IMG/VR virus record: IMGVR_UViG_3300045988_179859
Strand: one strand, 5' to 3'
Length of the DNA stretch: 64,000 nucleotides
Origin: a virus
Shown: one piece after another, positions 34,586 to 44,383 of the stretch
Numbering within the stretch: the stretch's first letter is position 1
Layout of the letters: each line of letters starts with the position of its first letter
Program-made: the position numbers and the translations under genes
Notes under the pieces: generated by a model
Databases searched by the model: none
What the model was told of the DNA's origin: nothing
What the model saw: only the letters and a program-made list of their open reading frames with translations

Positions 34586-36565
34586 ATGGCTGAAGATAAA
34601 GAATTGAAAGGATCTATTCAAGGAAATGAATCTCCGCAGAATCCGCCAAAAGAACCGAAGTCATCGATTGAAAAAGCAGGTGACGAATTAAAGGAGCAAG
34701 CGAAGTCGGATCCAAAATTAAAAGATCCGGGTGGTAAAGGTCTTGATAAAGATCAACCAGAACCACCTTCGTTGAAGGATGCGTTCAAGAAAAACTCAAA
34801 CGATGATGGTGGTAAAGGTCTTCTTGGTAAAGCTAAGGGTAGCGGAAAAGGTTCGAAAAATGATTCTCCCGAAGATGCTTTAAAAGGAAAACTGCAAGAT
34901 ACCGGTAAGAAGATAGCAAAAGAAGCGGCAAAACCTGCGGGTAAAGCGGGAGCTGCGACTCTCGGTGGTAATATCTTTATGGGTGCGATGAATCAAGCGG
35001 CTACAGCGTCGGTTGGTTTGTTCGCGGCTATTCTCGGATTTATTGTCGACATGGTTGTCGGTATCGTTGGTTTTGTTGGTGGTCTGATTATGGGACTTCT
35101 GACGTTTACTTGGCAGATGGTCGTTATGGCCGTGTCTGGGACAATTGCTATTATTAGTGTTGTTGTGATGATTATTGCACAGAGTAACCAGGTACAGCGG
35201 GCTCGTGCTGCTGATGAAGCGTTCAGATGTAATGATGCCAACGTGGAGAATCGCGCGAAACAAAAGATTTCGGCGGCCAAGAAAGGTGAACTTTCTGCTG
35301 AAGATCAAGCCCGTGTTGATGAAAACTCTAAGAAAACACTTTCTGTGTTGACGAAATACGGATTGGACGAAACGCAAATTGCGGCTGTTTTGGGAGCTTG
35401 GAATTCTGAATCAAGTATTCAACCGAAACGTTATGAAACGGACTATATTGTTAAAGAAAAATATGATCAATTGGATAAAGATGGTCCTACAGCCGAATCA
35501 TTAGTAGGTGGTTGGGGTGCGTTTCTTGCAATGTATAATGGTACTGGTCTTAATGAGAGTGGTTATCTTCATGAAGGTAAACATTATATCGGGGTAGGTC
35601 TTGGTCAATGGACAGGTCCTCGTGCGAAACAATTGTGGGACTTTTCTAAGTCGATTAAAAAATCGATGTTCGACATGGATACTCAGTTGGCGTTTATGAT
35701 CAGTGATAACGATAGTGGTAAATCTCGATTGGATGCGTATAAAGAAGCGTCTAAAGGTAAATCTGTGGATGAAGCTACTGCGTTGTTCTTAGCAATGTGG
35801 GAGGGTGTGCCTGGTAATAAATTAGCAGCCCGACAACAGGCCGCCGCTGAACGTTTGATTGCGATTAAGAAGATGGATAAAGATGAAGCATATGCCGCGT
35901 CAATCTTATCTCTTGCAAACGTTAAAGCCTCTGCGGCAAATAGTAAACAGTCTAAATTGAATGAAAAAGATGACTGTGGTGTTGCTCTTAAAGATAGTGG
36001 AGCTGTTGATTATGCCGAAGATGGTACTGGTGAATTTCCTGCGGGTATTACGGGATACGCTTGGAAACCAAAGGATCTACCAAAAGAACTCAAACCGTAT
36101 GTGAAAGATCCAGCAAAAGTTGGAATGTCGTATGGTTCACGTAAAGGTTGGGCTGAAGGATCTGGGCAGTGTGTTGACTTGACTGAATCATATGGTACGT
36201 GGATTTGGAAGGGTGCTGTTTCTGTTGTTCAAGGTAATGGTAATCAACAAGCAAACGCTTGGGCTAATATTTTCGGAACAAAAGTTTCAAAAGATCCTAT
36301 TAAAGCCGGTTCTATTTTCTCAACACCTGGTCCGAGCAGTGCGGGTCATACCGGTATTGTGGTTCATATTTTTAAGAATCGCGATATTATGGTTGTAGAG
36401 CAGAATTTTGATAAGTTTTCAGGTTCTGATTTCGCCGGGTTGCCTAATACGTGGAATTATCGTTATATCAAAAAAGCTCAGTATGAACAAGAAGGTATGA
36501 CTTTTGCGGCACCTAAAGATGGTAAGCCTGATTGGGACGGCAAGGGAAAAACTTCTAAGAAATAA
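34586..36565 (+). CDS. bifunctional peptidoglycan hydrolase (lysozyme/muramidase-like plus C-terminal CHAP), VirB1 analogue
   Basis: glycine-zipper TM region; CHAP Cys (GSGQCVD) and His (AGHTGIV); central GLGQWTGPRA lytic domain. Confidence 0.8.
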   Translation: MAEDKELKGSIQGNESPQNPPKEPKSSIEKAGDELKEQAKSDPKLKDPGGKGLDKDQPEPPSLKDAFKKNSNDDGGKGLLGKAKGSGKGSKNDSPEDALKGKLQDTGKKIAKEAAKPAGKAGAATLGGNIFMGAMNQAATASVGLFAAILGFIVDMVVGIVGFVGGLIMGLLTFTWQMVVMAVSGTIAIISVVVMIIAQSNQVQRARAADEAFRCNDANVENRAKQKISAAKKGELSAEDQARVDENSKKTLSVLTKYGLDETQIAAVLGAWNSESSIQPKRYETDYIVKEKYDQLDKDGPTAESLVGGWGAFLAMYNGTGLNESGYLHEGKHYIGVGLGQWTGPRAKQLWDFSKSIKKSMFDMDTQLAFMISDNDSGKSRLDAYKEASKGKSVDEATALFLAMWEGVPGNKLAARQQAAAERLIAIKKMDKDEAYAASILSLANVKASAANSKQSKLNEKDDCGVALKDSGAVDYAEDGTGEFPAGITGYAWKPKDLPKELKPYVKDPAKVGMSYGSRKGWAEGSGQCVDLTESYGTWIWKGAVSVVQGNGNQQANAWANIFGTKVSKDPIKAGSIFSTPGPSSAGHTGIVVHIFKNRDIMVVEQNFDKFSGSDFAGLPNTWNYRYIKKAQYEQEGMTFAAPKDGKPDWDGKGKTSKK

Positions 36566-36682
36566 TTCTTTTGCGAAAACCTGTAATTCTATTATAGGTT
36601 TTCTTTTAAAATGTTTTATTTTTGGCGTTTTTTAAGATATTGTGATATAATGTTAGTATGTTTTGATGAAAGGAAATATGTG

Positions 36683-37405
36683 ATGGTTAAACATAAAGAT
36701 AAAAAAGAAAAACCATCTTTCAAAGATGCTTTTGCTGAAGGACGTAATAAATTTACACCGCATACGAAAACAGGTGCTACGTATGGTGAAGCGTTGACGT
36801 CAAATTTGGCGAAGAATTGGTCTGTTATTCCAAGTTTGATTGCGTTGGTTGTAGCCGGAGCTGTTGCGTTGACAATGCAAAATAATATTCAGACAAGAAC
36901 TCAACAGATTACTCAAATCGAATCTAAGATTAAAGGTCTTCAAAATAAGTTGGATTTAGCAAAAAATAGTAGTAGCGAAAAAGTTGTTAAAAAAACAGTT
37001 GATGTTAAGATGCATAATGCAACAGATGCGGGAAATCGATTGATTAAGTATGAAACTGACTTAATGAGATTGATGGATATTACTATTGCGGGAGATACTC
37101 CGTCGAAAGAACATATCCAAGAAGCTTTTGATACACAAGATAAAATTCAAAAAATGACTGGTTTGAATGAAAGTGAAGCCGCTGCTACATGGATCAAAAT
37201 TCCATCTTGGACGATGGAATTCAAATCAGTTGTTTCTTATGAAGGTAATGAAATTCCGTCATTGTTTATTCTTAAAGATGATAAGGGTGATCTGATGGGT
37301 CTTGTTACGGCTGTGTATCATGCAGATACGGATTCGTTCTCAAATGTGAATGTAACATATACTACAGCGGGTGATGCTGTTAACTATAATCGGGGTGGTC
37401 GCTAA
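36683..37405 (+). CDS. membrane-anchored protein, paralogue A'
   Basis: start moved to the SD-preceded MVKHKD because the ORF's 5' end overlaps its own promoter. Confidence 0.6.
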   Translation: MVKHKDKKEKPSFKDAFAEGRNKFTPHTKTGATYGEALTSNLAKNWSVIPSLIALVVAGAVALTMQNNIQTRTQQITQIESKIKGLQNKLDLAKNSSSEKVVKKTVDVKMHNATDAGNRLIKYETDLMRLMDITIAGDTPSKEHIQEAFDTQDKIQKMTGLNESEAAATWIKIPSWTMEFKSVVSYEGNEIPSLFILKDDKGDLMGLVTAVYHADTDSFSNVNVTYTTAGDAVNYNRGGR

Positions 37406-38064
37406 TGAAAAGAAATACAATCAATACAATTATTTTGACTGGCGCGGCTGTTATTAGTGCTAGTTTGATCGGATTTTCTGTAGTAACTGCGTCGCAAATG
37501 GATACGAAATATAGTCGTTTACAATCCGAATATAAAACGATGCAGACTGAAATTGCACGTAATCGTAAAGAAAATGTAAAAGTTGTAACTGAGACCGAGA
37601 AAAATATTCAGGGTGTCTCTAATCAACAACTTAAAGAAGATAAACGTCAAGCGAGTATTTATTTTGCACCAGCGTTCACATGGACGTCTGGTAATGAATA
37701 TGATGCAACACGCAAATCTTATATTGATAAACTTGGAACTGATTCGCAATTTGTACAGAATTATTTGAAAGAAAATATTCGAATTGAAGTTGCGAATAAG
37801 AATCTTAAAAACAATGATATCGACATTCAAGGTTTGAAATCAAACTTTGAAGAAATGGTGCTTTATCCAACAACGTGGAAGCCAGATGGTACTATTACGT
37901 ATGTTGGTGTTATTAAGTATTATGTGTTTAAGAACGAATCTGATTTGAATGATAAAACAGGACTTCTTAAATCAAAAGCCGTTGTTGAATTTACTATGTC
38001 TGGTGCTAATGCGAAAGACCGTCAAATTTCTGACGTGAAAGCATACGCTGGATCTCTCGAATAA
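37405..38064 (+). CDS. membrane-anchored protein, paralogue B'
   Basis: TAATG coupling; N-terminal TM. Confidence 0.6.
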   Translation: MKRNTINTIILTGAAVISASLIGFSVVTASQMDTKYSRLQSEYKTMQTEIARNRKENVKVVTETEKNIQGVSNQQLKEDKRQASIYFAPAFTWTSGNEYDATRKSYIDKLGTDSQFVQNYLKENIRIEVANKNLKNNDIDIQGLKSNFEEMVLYPTTWKPDGTITYVGVIKYYVFKNESDLNDKTGLLKSKAVVEFTMSGANAKDRQISDVKAYAGSLE

Positions 38065-38090
38065 TAGAAAGGAAAGGGTCTTCAATATCT

Positions 38091-38399
38091 ATGAACGTGA
38101 CATTTTTTGACACACATCCACGAACTAAATTAATTTATTACACGCTTGCCTTCTTTACATCAATTATTGTTTGGATTGCTGCAATTTTCTCTATTAGTGC
38201 GTCTGCGTATGTACTTATTATTGGAACAGGTGGTAATGCCGTATTGATGTTGGGGCTTGGAATTGTTTCGCTATTGCCGTTGAGTTTATTGATGACGATG
38301 TTTGCATACAATGGTATTAAAAAGCGTGGTGATCGAATGGTTTCTGCTTATAAATTAGAATGGTCAGAATTTAGAAAACGTCGTGCTGAAAAAAAGTAA
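38091..38399 (+). CDS. small 3-TM membrane protein
   Basis: 102 aa, hydrophobic. Confidence 0.5.
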   Translation: MNVTFFDTHPRTKLIYYTLAFFTSIIVWIAAIFSISASAYVLIIGTGGNAVLMLGLGIVSLLPLSLLMTMFAYNGIKKRGDRMVSAYKLEWSEFRKRRAEKK

Positions 38400-38410
38400 A
38401 AATTGGGTCT

Positions 38411-38440
38411 TGACATTTTTAGTTGAAAAGATATACAATA
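38411..38440 (+). promoter_or_regulatory. sigma-A promoter TTGACA-16/17-TATACAAT
   Basis: followed by 10-bp-stem hairpin 38444-38467 and a second hairpin 38478-38495 in the leader. Confidence 0.5.
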
Positions 38441-38532
38441 ATAGCGTAGTGAATACTACGCTATTATTTCTTTGCCGGTTTAAAGGAAACCGTGCACGCG
38501 GCTTTTTCCAGTCGTAAATGAAAGGAAAACAA

Positions 38533-39114
38533 ATGGCAGATTTTCGTGGTAAATCCTATAAGGATGTTCGATTGTATGTGGTTGACAAGCCAATTTTTGA
38601 GATCAAAAAGCAAGGCGAACCGACAGGACGTTATTGGATGAATATTTCCGCAGCGAACGATAAGTTTGAAAACGAGAAAGATTTTATTGATCGTCCATCG
38701 CTCGGATATGGTCGTCCATATCAAGATAAAAACGGTGAAACGCAGTATGATCATTCTATGGCATACAGTAAATCACAACTCGATCGAATTGCATCCGCAG
38801 TTGGGCTAGATCCAGAGAACTATGATGTTCAAGAACTTCGTGGGAAAACCTTCCGTGGTGATTTGATGCAAGCGTCATCTAAATCTCAAAAAGGTTTGAT
38901 CGTGAACACTAGTAAAATGCTTAAAGCAGATGAACCTTTGGATAAAGCAGCTCATGATGCAAATACAGCTCGTGCTGCAGAATTGAGACCTGAACGTGAC
39001 GCAGAAATTAAAGCGAAAGCACAGGAAGCATCTGAAAAAGCACCAGCGCCCGAAGTACAACAAGAAGCTGAATCTCAAGGTCTTGAGATCTCTGATGATG
39101 ATCTTCCGTTCTAA
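38533..39114 (+). CDS. SSB-like protein with canonical acidic tip …DDDLPF
   Basis: the C-terminal tip matches the SSB-Ct motif; N-terminal segment VRLYVVDKP…GRYWMNISAAND resembles the SSB OB fold (VILVGN…VRYMPNG.AVANITLAT). Confidence 0.6.
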   Translation: MADFRGKSYKDVRLYVVDKPIFEIKKQGEPTGRYWMNISAANDKFENEKDFIDRPSLGYGRPYQDKNGETQYDHSMAYSKSQLDRIASAVGLDPENYDVQELRGKTFRGDLMQASSKSQKGLIVNTSKMLKADEPLDKAAHDANTARAAELRPERDAEIKAKAQEASEKAPAPEVQQEAESQGLEISDDDLPF

Positions 39115-39180
39115 GTTGTACGGTTTGCTATGAAGGCAGATGAAAATCTGCCTTTCTTTTTTAAGTAAAGGATTAAAATC

Positions 39181-41040
39181 ATGGTTTATTTGACACAAAG
39201 ACAAACAATGGTTCCGCAACGTATGTTTGTATCAAGTATTATTGCGGAAAAAGATGAAAACGGAAATGTAATTCCGGATATGTATCGTATGGAATTAACA
39301 ATGGCTAATGATTTAGAGGGTCGTGTTGTTAATCCTGTATTGAATTCAAATGTTGATGATTCTGCGTCAATTTATTCAAAAGATGAATTAGTTGAATTGG
39401 CTAAGAATTTGGGAATCGATTTCGATGGTTCGAATATTAATGATTTAGAAGAAGCTCTTTATCGTGATAACTATGTGTTTGACGCTGAATTGTTGACTGT
39501 TAGTGACCCGGCTAAAGGTCGCTTGTCTTATCATATTGATACGACTCGTGTAAAAGAATCTGAACAACCGTTTGATTATAATGCACATCTTAAAAATACG
39601 TCAGAGTTGAATCAAGAATATATGCGTATGACACAAGATCCAAATAGTGTTTTGTACGCTGTGAATAAGCTTCGGTTAAGTGATTATGTTTCGTCTAGTA
39701 AAGCGAACGATTTAGAATCTATCTTTTATGCTGAGCGTGCGTTTCGAGATGGTGATGCTACGTATGCTGATGCTCGACCGTTAGATGTAGTGAATCGGTT
39801 ATCTGACAAGATCACGGTTAAAAGTAGTGATTTCACAATGTTCCGTGTATTCTCGAGCAATGAAGCGAAACAAATTAATGAAAGTAAAGTTCCGTTTGAG
39901 AAAGCGCTCGAAGATGAAGGGATCACATTAACGGCGGCTGATTATGAACCTCCTGTTGAAGAACGGGAACATGATCCCTATTCTGTTGTCGATATTGATG
40001 ATCTTGAGATTCCTAAAATGGAATACTTGGAACCTGAAATTCCGTCAGATGAAGAAATGGCTCGCTTAGAAGGTCGTGAAGACGAAGAACTCGAACGAGA
40101 ACGCTTACATCACGAAGACGATGAAATCCCTGTAGCTTCAAAACAAGAAGTTTCTGAAGAAAAAGCTGAAGAAGAGGTCGAACAATTACCTCGTGATGAG
40201 GAAGGTTTGCTTAAAGAAACAGGTGATCTAGAACCGTTTGATCGTAAAGATAAACGTATGTTTATAGATGGTGTTCCCGTAAAAGTTGTAACGGGACAGT
40301 CTGGCGAAACTCGGTATAATATTCCGCTCACGATGGCGAACGATAAACATGATCCATTAACAGCTTATGTTAAACCAAAATTGAACACCGCTAATCAATG
40401 GTATGGTCAAAACGATATGGATCGTATTGCAAACGTTACACACGTTCCTGTTGATTATGTGATGGAGGATTTCGATAAGAAAGCATTATCGGCTGATGTT
40501 ATTCGTAATGAAAAAGGTGAGTATCGTATGAATACTCGTACGTTGAAGCATGTTGATGATTTTGATTATGATAAACATGTGAAAGTTACGAAAGAAACAC
40601 AATCATTGTACGAATTATGGAGTAATGCGCTTAATTCGACAGGTAAAGCGTTGAAAGCAACAGCTAAAGATGCAATGTTCCGGGCTTATCAATTGAAAGA
40701 GCGTTTTGGTGAATGGCGTCATAACATTAAAGATGAATATGATGAATGGTCTCTCCACCAAGAAGGACGTCAAAAGACAAAACTGAAAGACAAGGTTTTG
40801 AATTTGAAAGAAGATTTGAGTGCGTGGTCGCGTGGTCAAGATGAATCACAAGGTTTTAAAACTCGATCTGAGCGTTATAAACAAACGAAAATGACGTCTA
40901 AATTTATGTCTAAGCTTGAAGCCGCTTATTGGAATCGTGCGCAGGGTATTGCGAATAAGTTTGGTTTTTCTTCTAAAGAAATCAATACACCTGAACAAGC
41001 AAGTCCTACTAAACAGGATGATTATGGATTGGGTCGGTAA
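39181..41040 (+). CDS. protein with two tandem SSB/OB-like modules (619 aa)
   Basis: internal duplication …MYRMELTMANDLEG… / …RYNIPLTMANDKHD…. Confidence 0.55.
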   Translation: MVYLTQRQTMVPQRMFVSSIIAEKDENGNVIPDMYRMELTMANDLEGRVVNPVLNSNVDDSASIYSKDELVELAKNLGIDFDGSNINDLEEALYRDNYVFDAELLTVSDPAKGRLSYHIDTTRVKESEQPFDYNAHLKNTSELNQEYMRMTQDPNSVLYAVNKLRLSDYVSSSKANDLESIFYAERAFRDGDATYADARPLDVVNRLSDKITVKSSDFTMFRVFSSNEAKQINESKVPFEKALEDEGITLTAADYEPPVEEREHDPYSVVDIDDLEIPKMEYLEPEIPSDEEMARLEGREDEELERERLHHEDDEIPVASKQEVSEEKAEEEVEQLPRDEEGLLKETGDLEPFDRKDKRMFIDGVPVKVVTGQSGETRYNIPLTMANDKHDPLTAYVKPKLNTANQWYGQNDMDRIANVTHVPVDYVMEDFDKKALSADVIRNEKGEYRMNTRTLKHVDDFDYDKHVKVTKETQSLYELWSNALNSTGKALKATAKDAMFRAYQLKERFGEWRHNIKDEYDEWSLHQEGRQKTKLKDKVLNLKEDLSAWSRGQDESQGFKTRSERYKQTKMTSKFMSKLEAAYWNRAQGIANKFGFSSKEINTPEQASPTKQDDYGLGR

Positions 41041-41119
41041 TCGACTTAAAATGTTGTCATTTTAAGAAAAAAATGATATAATAGACCTGCTATTAAATAA
41101 GAACTATACGAGGTACTAA

Positions 41120-42118
41120 ATGGAAACACTTGGACATCACGTTAATACTTCAAAAGGACGTGAAATTTTACGAACATTTGGTGGTCTCTTAACCACTGAA
41201 CAAATTAAAACAGATACTGAATTTCAGGTGAAATCTACTAAGCTTCGAATTCCTGGTCAGAAAGACATGGACGGTCGTATTCGTCGCCCATATCTTGATA
41301 TGGATGTTGAAGTGACGGGTATGGTTGTTAATAACGAAGGCTCGTCAGATGCTGTTCATTTTCCGAAACAAGACCGTTCTAAAATGCGTTATCGTTACGA
41401 ATTAGATGATCATGAACTTCAAGATTTGATTAGTCGTGGAATGTATCGTGATCGTAGTTTCGAACGCGATTTGGCACACGTTTTCTATAATCAACCGTTT
41501 ATTGATCGTACAAATGTAACAGTTCATACTACTAAAGTTAATTATGACGGTATTGCTGTTCCGTATGTGTTGGTTGATAATGTGGACACGTTGCTTGTTG
41601 ATTATGCGGAAAGCCGTGAAAATCAACAAGTTCGATCTGGTTTTAGTGTTGCGTTTGACGATGCAATGTTAATGATTGATAAAGCGGATCAATTGGCTAT
41701 TACGACTGCTCATAATGCTAAAGCGTTTGATGGTGTAGATTCTGAATTCGAAAGTGATCGTACAGTTGCGTTGACTCAATTGCTTGATGGAACGGAAGAC
41801 TATGCCGATCAATACAATATTGAATCTACTGGTTTTGACGAAACACCTGAAGACGAAGTTGTTGAAGAGCAACCTGTTATTGAAGATCCTATTTTGGCAC
41901 AGGATGTTAATAAATTGAGTGAATCACTCGATCTTCCAGAAGAGCTTCCTGTTGAGGAACCTGTAGTGGAACAACCTAAAGAAGATGTTGTTGAAGATGC
42001 GGAACCTGAGCATAAGAAGACTTTGAAAGAGCGTTTGGCTGAAATGGAATCTGAGAAACAAGAAAATGTTTCACGTGAAACAGATGAAAATGTTCTTGAT
42101 GACGATTTTGAATTTTAG
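41120..42118 (+). CDS. acidic protein with SSB-tip-like C terminus …DDDFEF
   Basis: 332 aa with acidic C-terminal third. Confidence 0.55.
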   Translation: METLGHHVNTSKGREILRTFGGLLTTEQIKTDTEFQVKSTKLRIPGQKDMDGRIRRPYLDMDVEVTGMVVNNEGSSDAVHFPKQDRSKMRYRYELDDHELQDLISRGMYRDRSFERDLAHVFYNQPFIDRTNVTVHTTKVNYDGIAVPYVLVDNVDTLLVDYAESRENQQVRSGFSVAFDDAMLMIDKADQLAITTAHNAKAFDGVDSEFESDRTVALTQLLDGTEDYADQYNIESTGFDETPEDEVVEEQPVIEDPILAQDVNKLSESLDLPEELPVEEPVVEQPKEDVVEDAEPEHKKTLKERLAEMESEKQENVSRETDENVLDDDFEF

Positions 42119-42123
42119 TTAGA

Positions 42124-42152
42124 AAAGAACGATTAAGTTCGTTCTTTTTTTT
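42124..42152 (+). terminator. rho-independent terminator
   Basis: aagaacg-N8-cgttctt followed by T8. Confidence 0.6.
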
Positions 42153-42174
42153 AGAATAGAAAGGGCAACTTACT

Positions 42175-44367
42175 TTGAAACGAGATATTGTTATTTCCAA
42201 TCATTTCACGACAAAACGTTCTGATGGTACGGCTACGAGGGGTGCGACACCCGGTCAATTTGTAACTCGATATATGAGTCGTGATGAAAAAGGAGCGACT
42301 GAGCCATTAGCGCCGTTTATGCTCGATGCTGAAGATACGTATAACAAAGGTACAAAACGCTATTATGCTCGAGAAGAAGAGATCGAAGGTATTAAGGCGG
42401 AAACCTTGGATCATGACGGTTTAGAAATTAAACGACGTTTTAAAAAGATAGACGGTCTTGGCGGTCGTGCTTTTGGTTCTCGTAATTTATCCTTGTCGGA
42501 TAGAGAATTAAAAGAAGAGTCTAATAAGATTCAGCAAGCGTTTGATGAAAATCATGCTGTACAATTAATGGTGATTTCTTTTTCTGAGAAGTTTTTGCGC
42601 GAATATGATGTATTAGATGATGATTTTGTATATAAGGGGGATGGGTCTTATCGTAATAACTATGATCAGATGAAACTGCGAATGGCTATTACGAGAGGTG
42701 TGTCTGACATGACGGATGTCGGTGGTTATGCGAATCCAGTATGGGTCGGTACGCTTCAGGTAGATACGTCACATTTGCATTGCCATTTGGCTTTGTGTGA
42801 TACTGACTTTTCAGATGCTCGTACGCGAGAGGGTGGCGATGACCGTGGTAAGATTTGGGATGCTGAGAAATCGGCAATGAGACATGGTATTGCTCGTCAA
42901 TTGGATTTGATGCGAGGATATTCGTTTCATCACAAGGGTACGCAAAAAGATCAAGAAAACGTTTTAGCCTTTGTTAAAGATGTGGACTTCCACGAAGCAT
43001 CGTATAATAGAGAACTTCAGCTAGTCATGGGATCGTTGCCTGAAGATAAAACTTTATGGAACACTGAATCGACAGATACGTCTATGAAATACCCTAACGA
43101 AGTCGCGCGCGGTTTTGTACAGCGCCTCTATATTGATTATCCCGAACAGACAGGTTATCGCGAAGCTTATGACCGAATTGTTTCTATGGCGGACGATGAA
43201 TCTTTTGTTGAGAACGGTCGTAAGGAACTGATCGATCGTGGCGTGAATGCACTGTACAGACAAATTGCGCAAGTTGATGATGGAGAAGTTTCTGTTAAGA
43301 CGGATCTATTGCGAGTGCAATCTATGGACGACGATAGTTTGAAGCGTGCCATTGTGGCACGTGGCGATCGCTTTGAAGAATTCGATCCGTACGGATTCGA
43401 GCTTCGTACGCGAGCTTATACTGGACGGATTCGTAAGCATGTGCGTGAAGTAGAATCGCAAGCGAAGAACTTGATCGAGTATAATAATAGTGCGCACACG
43501 GAAGACGCATCTCGTATGGGCGTCTATTATGCAACTGAACTGAGATACCATGCCGAAACAGCTGATAAGTATCGCTCGTTCTTTGCCTGGAATGTGAAGC
43601 GTGATAAAGAAGTTCGTGATAAGTACAACGCAGTCGAAGATACGTATACGATGCTTCGTGAGCGAAACAACTTATACGACAGTCCTATCGAAAACGTTGT
43701 AGAGAAATACGGCTATGATTCTGTACAGATTGCGCGCAAGAATCAGGACGAATTTAACGCACGTGTGCAACTTGATACGAACGTGACAGATGCTTCTTTA
43801 TTGTTTACGACGTCCGGTCGACGTGTTTATCGGGAGCATACTCGTGAGTTGGCGCGTCAGTATCGCATGCAAAATCAAACGTACGCCGTTTCTGCCTATG
43901 CAGGCGGTCAGTTGTCGGCTCCGATGCTTGTCGAGACATTAAACAACGGAGACACAGCCCCTTATGCACCACAAGCAATGAGCGATATGTATTCTAAAGA
44001 GTATTTTAACGAAGTTAAGGCGCATGATTTGCATGATTTAGATGTGGATTATTATGGGCAGTCATCTGTTGGTTTTACGCGACAGGTGGTTGAGCAGTTT
44101 GCTGACCAGTACAATAGGCGCCTGGAATCGTACGTGGGTGCTCGCGATTACTTGGAAGAGACTGACCAAAGTCTTGAGAGTATTCGTACGACTGAGCGCG
44201 ATTTGTATCGTATGCGAGACACGGTGGAGAAACTCTATGACGGTGAGTTTGAAGTGCCCGAATTGGTATTCGATGAAGCGAAGAAAAAGAAGCAGTTGGA
44301 AGAGACTATTACGCTCGATACCAATATTCAAGTGCTAGAATCTTTACATGAAGAGCTTAGTTTGTAA
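42175..44367 (+). CDS. conjugative relaxase (histidine-triad type)
   Basis: 3-His motif DTSHLHCHLAL; TTG start with SD AAAGGG. Confidence 0.75.
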   Translation: MKRDIVISNHFTTKRSDGTATRGATPGQFVTRYMSRDEKGATEPLAPFMLDAEDTYNKGTKRYYAREEEIEGIKAETLDHDGLEIKRRFKKIDGLGGRAFGSRNLSLSDRELKEESNKIQQAFDENHAVQLMVISFSEKFLREYDVLDDDFVYKGDGSYRNNYDQMKLRMAITRGVSDMTDVGGYANPVWVGTLQVDTSHLHCHLALCDTDFSDARTREGGDDRGKIWDAEKSAMRHGIARQLDLMRGYSFHHKGTQKDQENVLAFVKDVDFHEASYNRELQLVMGSLPEDKTLWNTESTDTSMKYPNEVARGFVQRLYIDYPEQTGYREAYDRIVSMADDESFVENGRKELIDRGVNALYRQIAQVDDGEVSVKTDLLRVQSMDDDSLKRAIVARGDRFEEFDPYGFELRTRAYTGRIRKHVREVESQAKNLIEYNNSAHTEDASRMGVYYATELRYHAETADKYRSFFAWNVKRDKEVRDKYNAVEDTYTMLRERNNLYDSPIENVVEKYGYDSVQIARKNQDEFNARVQLDTNVTDASLLFTTSGRRVYREHTRELARQYRMQNQTYAVSAYAGGQLSAPMLVETLNNGDTAPYAPQAMSDMYSKEYFNEVKAHDLHDLDVDYYGQSSVGFTRQVVEQFADQYNRRLESYVGARDYLEETDQSLESIRTTERDLYRMRDTVEKLYDGEFEVPELVFDEAKKKKQLEETITLDTNIQVLESLHEELSL

Positions 44368-44383
44368 AAAATATTGTCAAATT

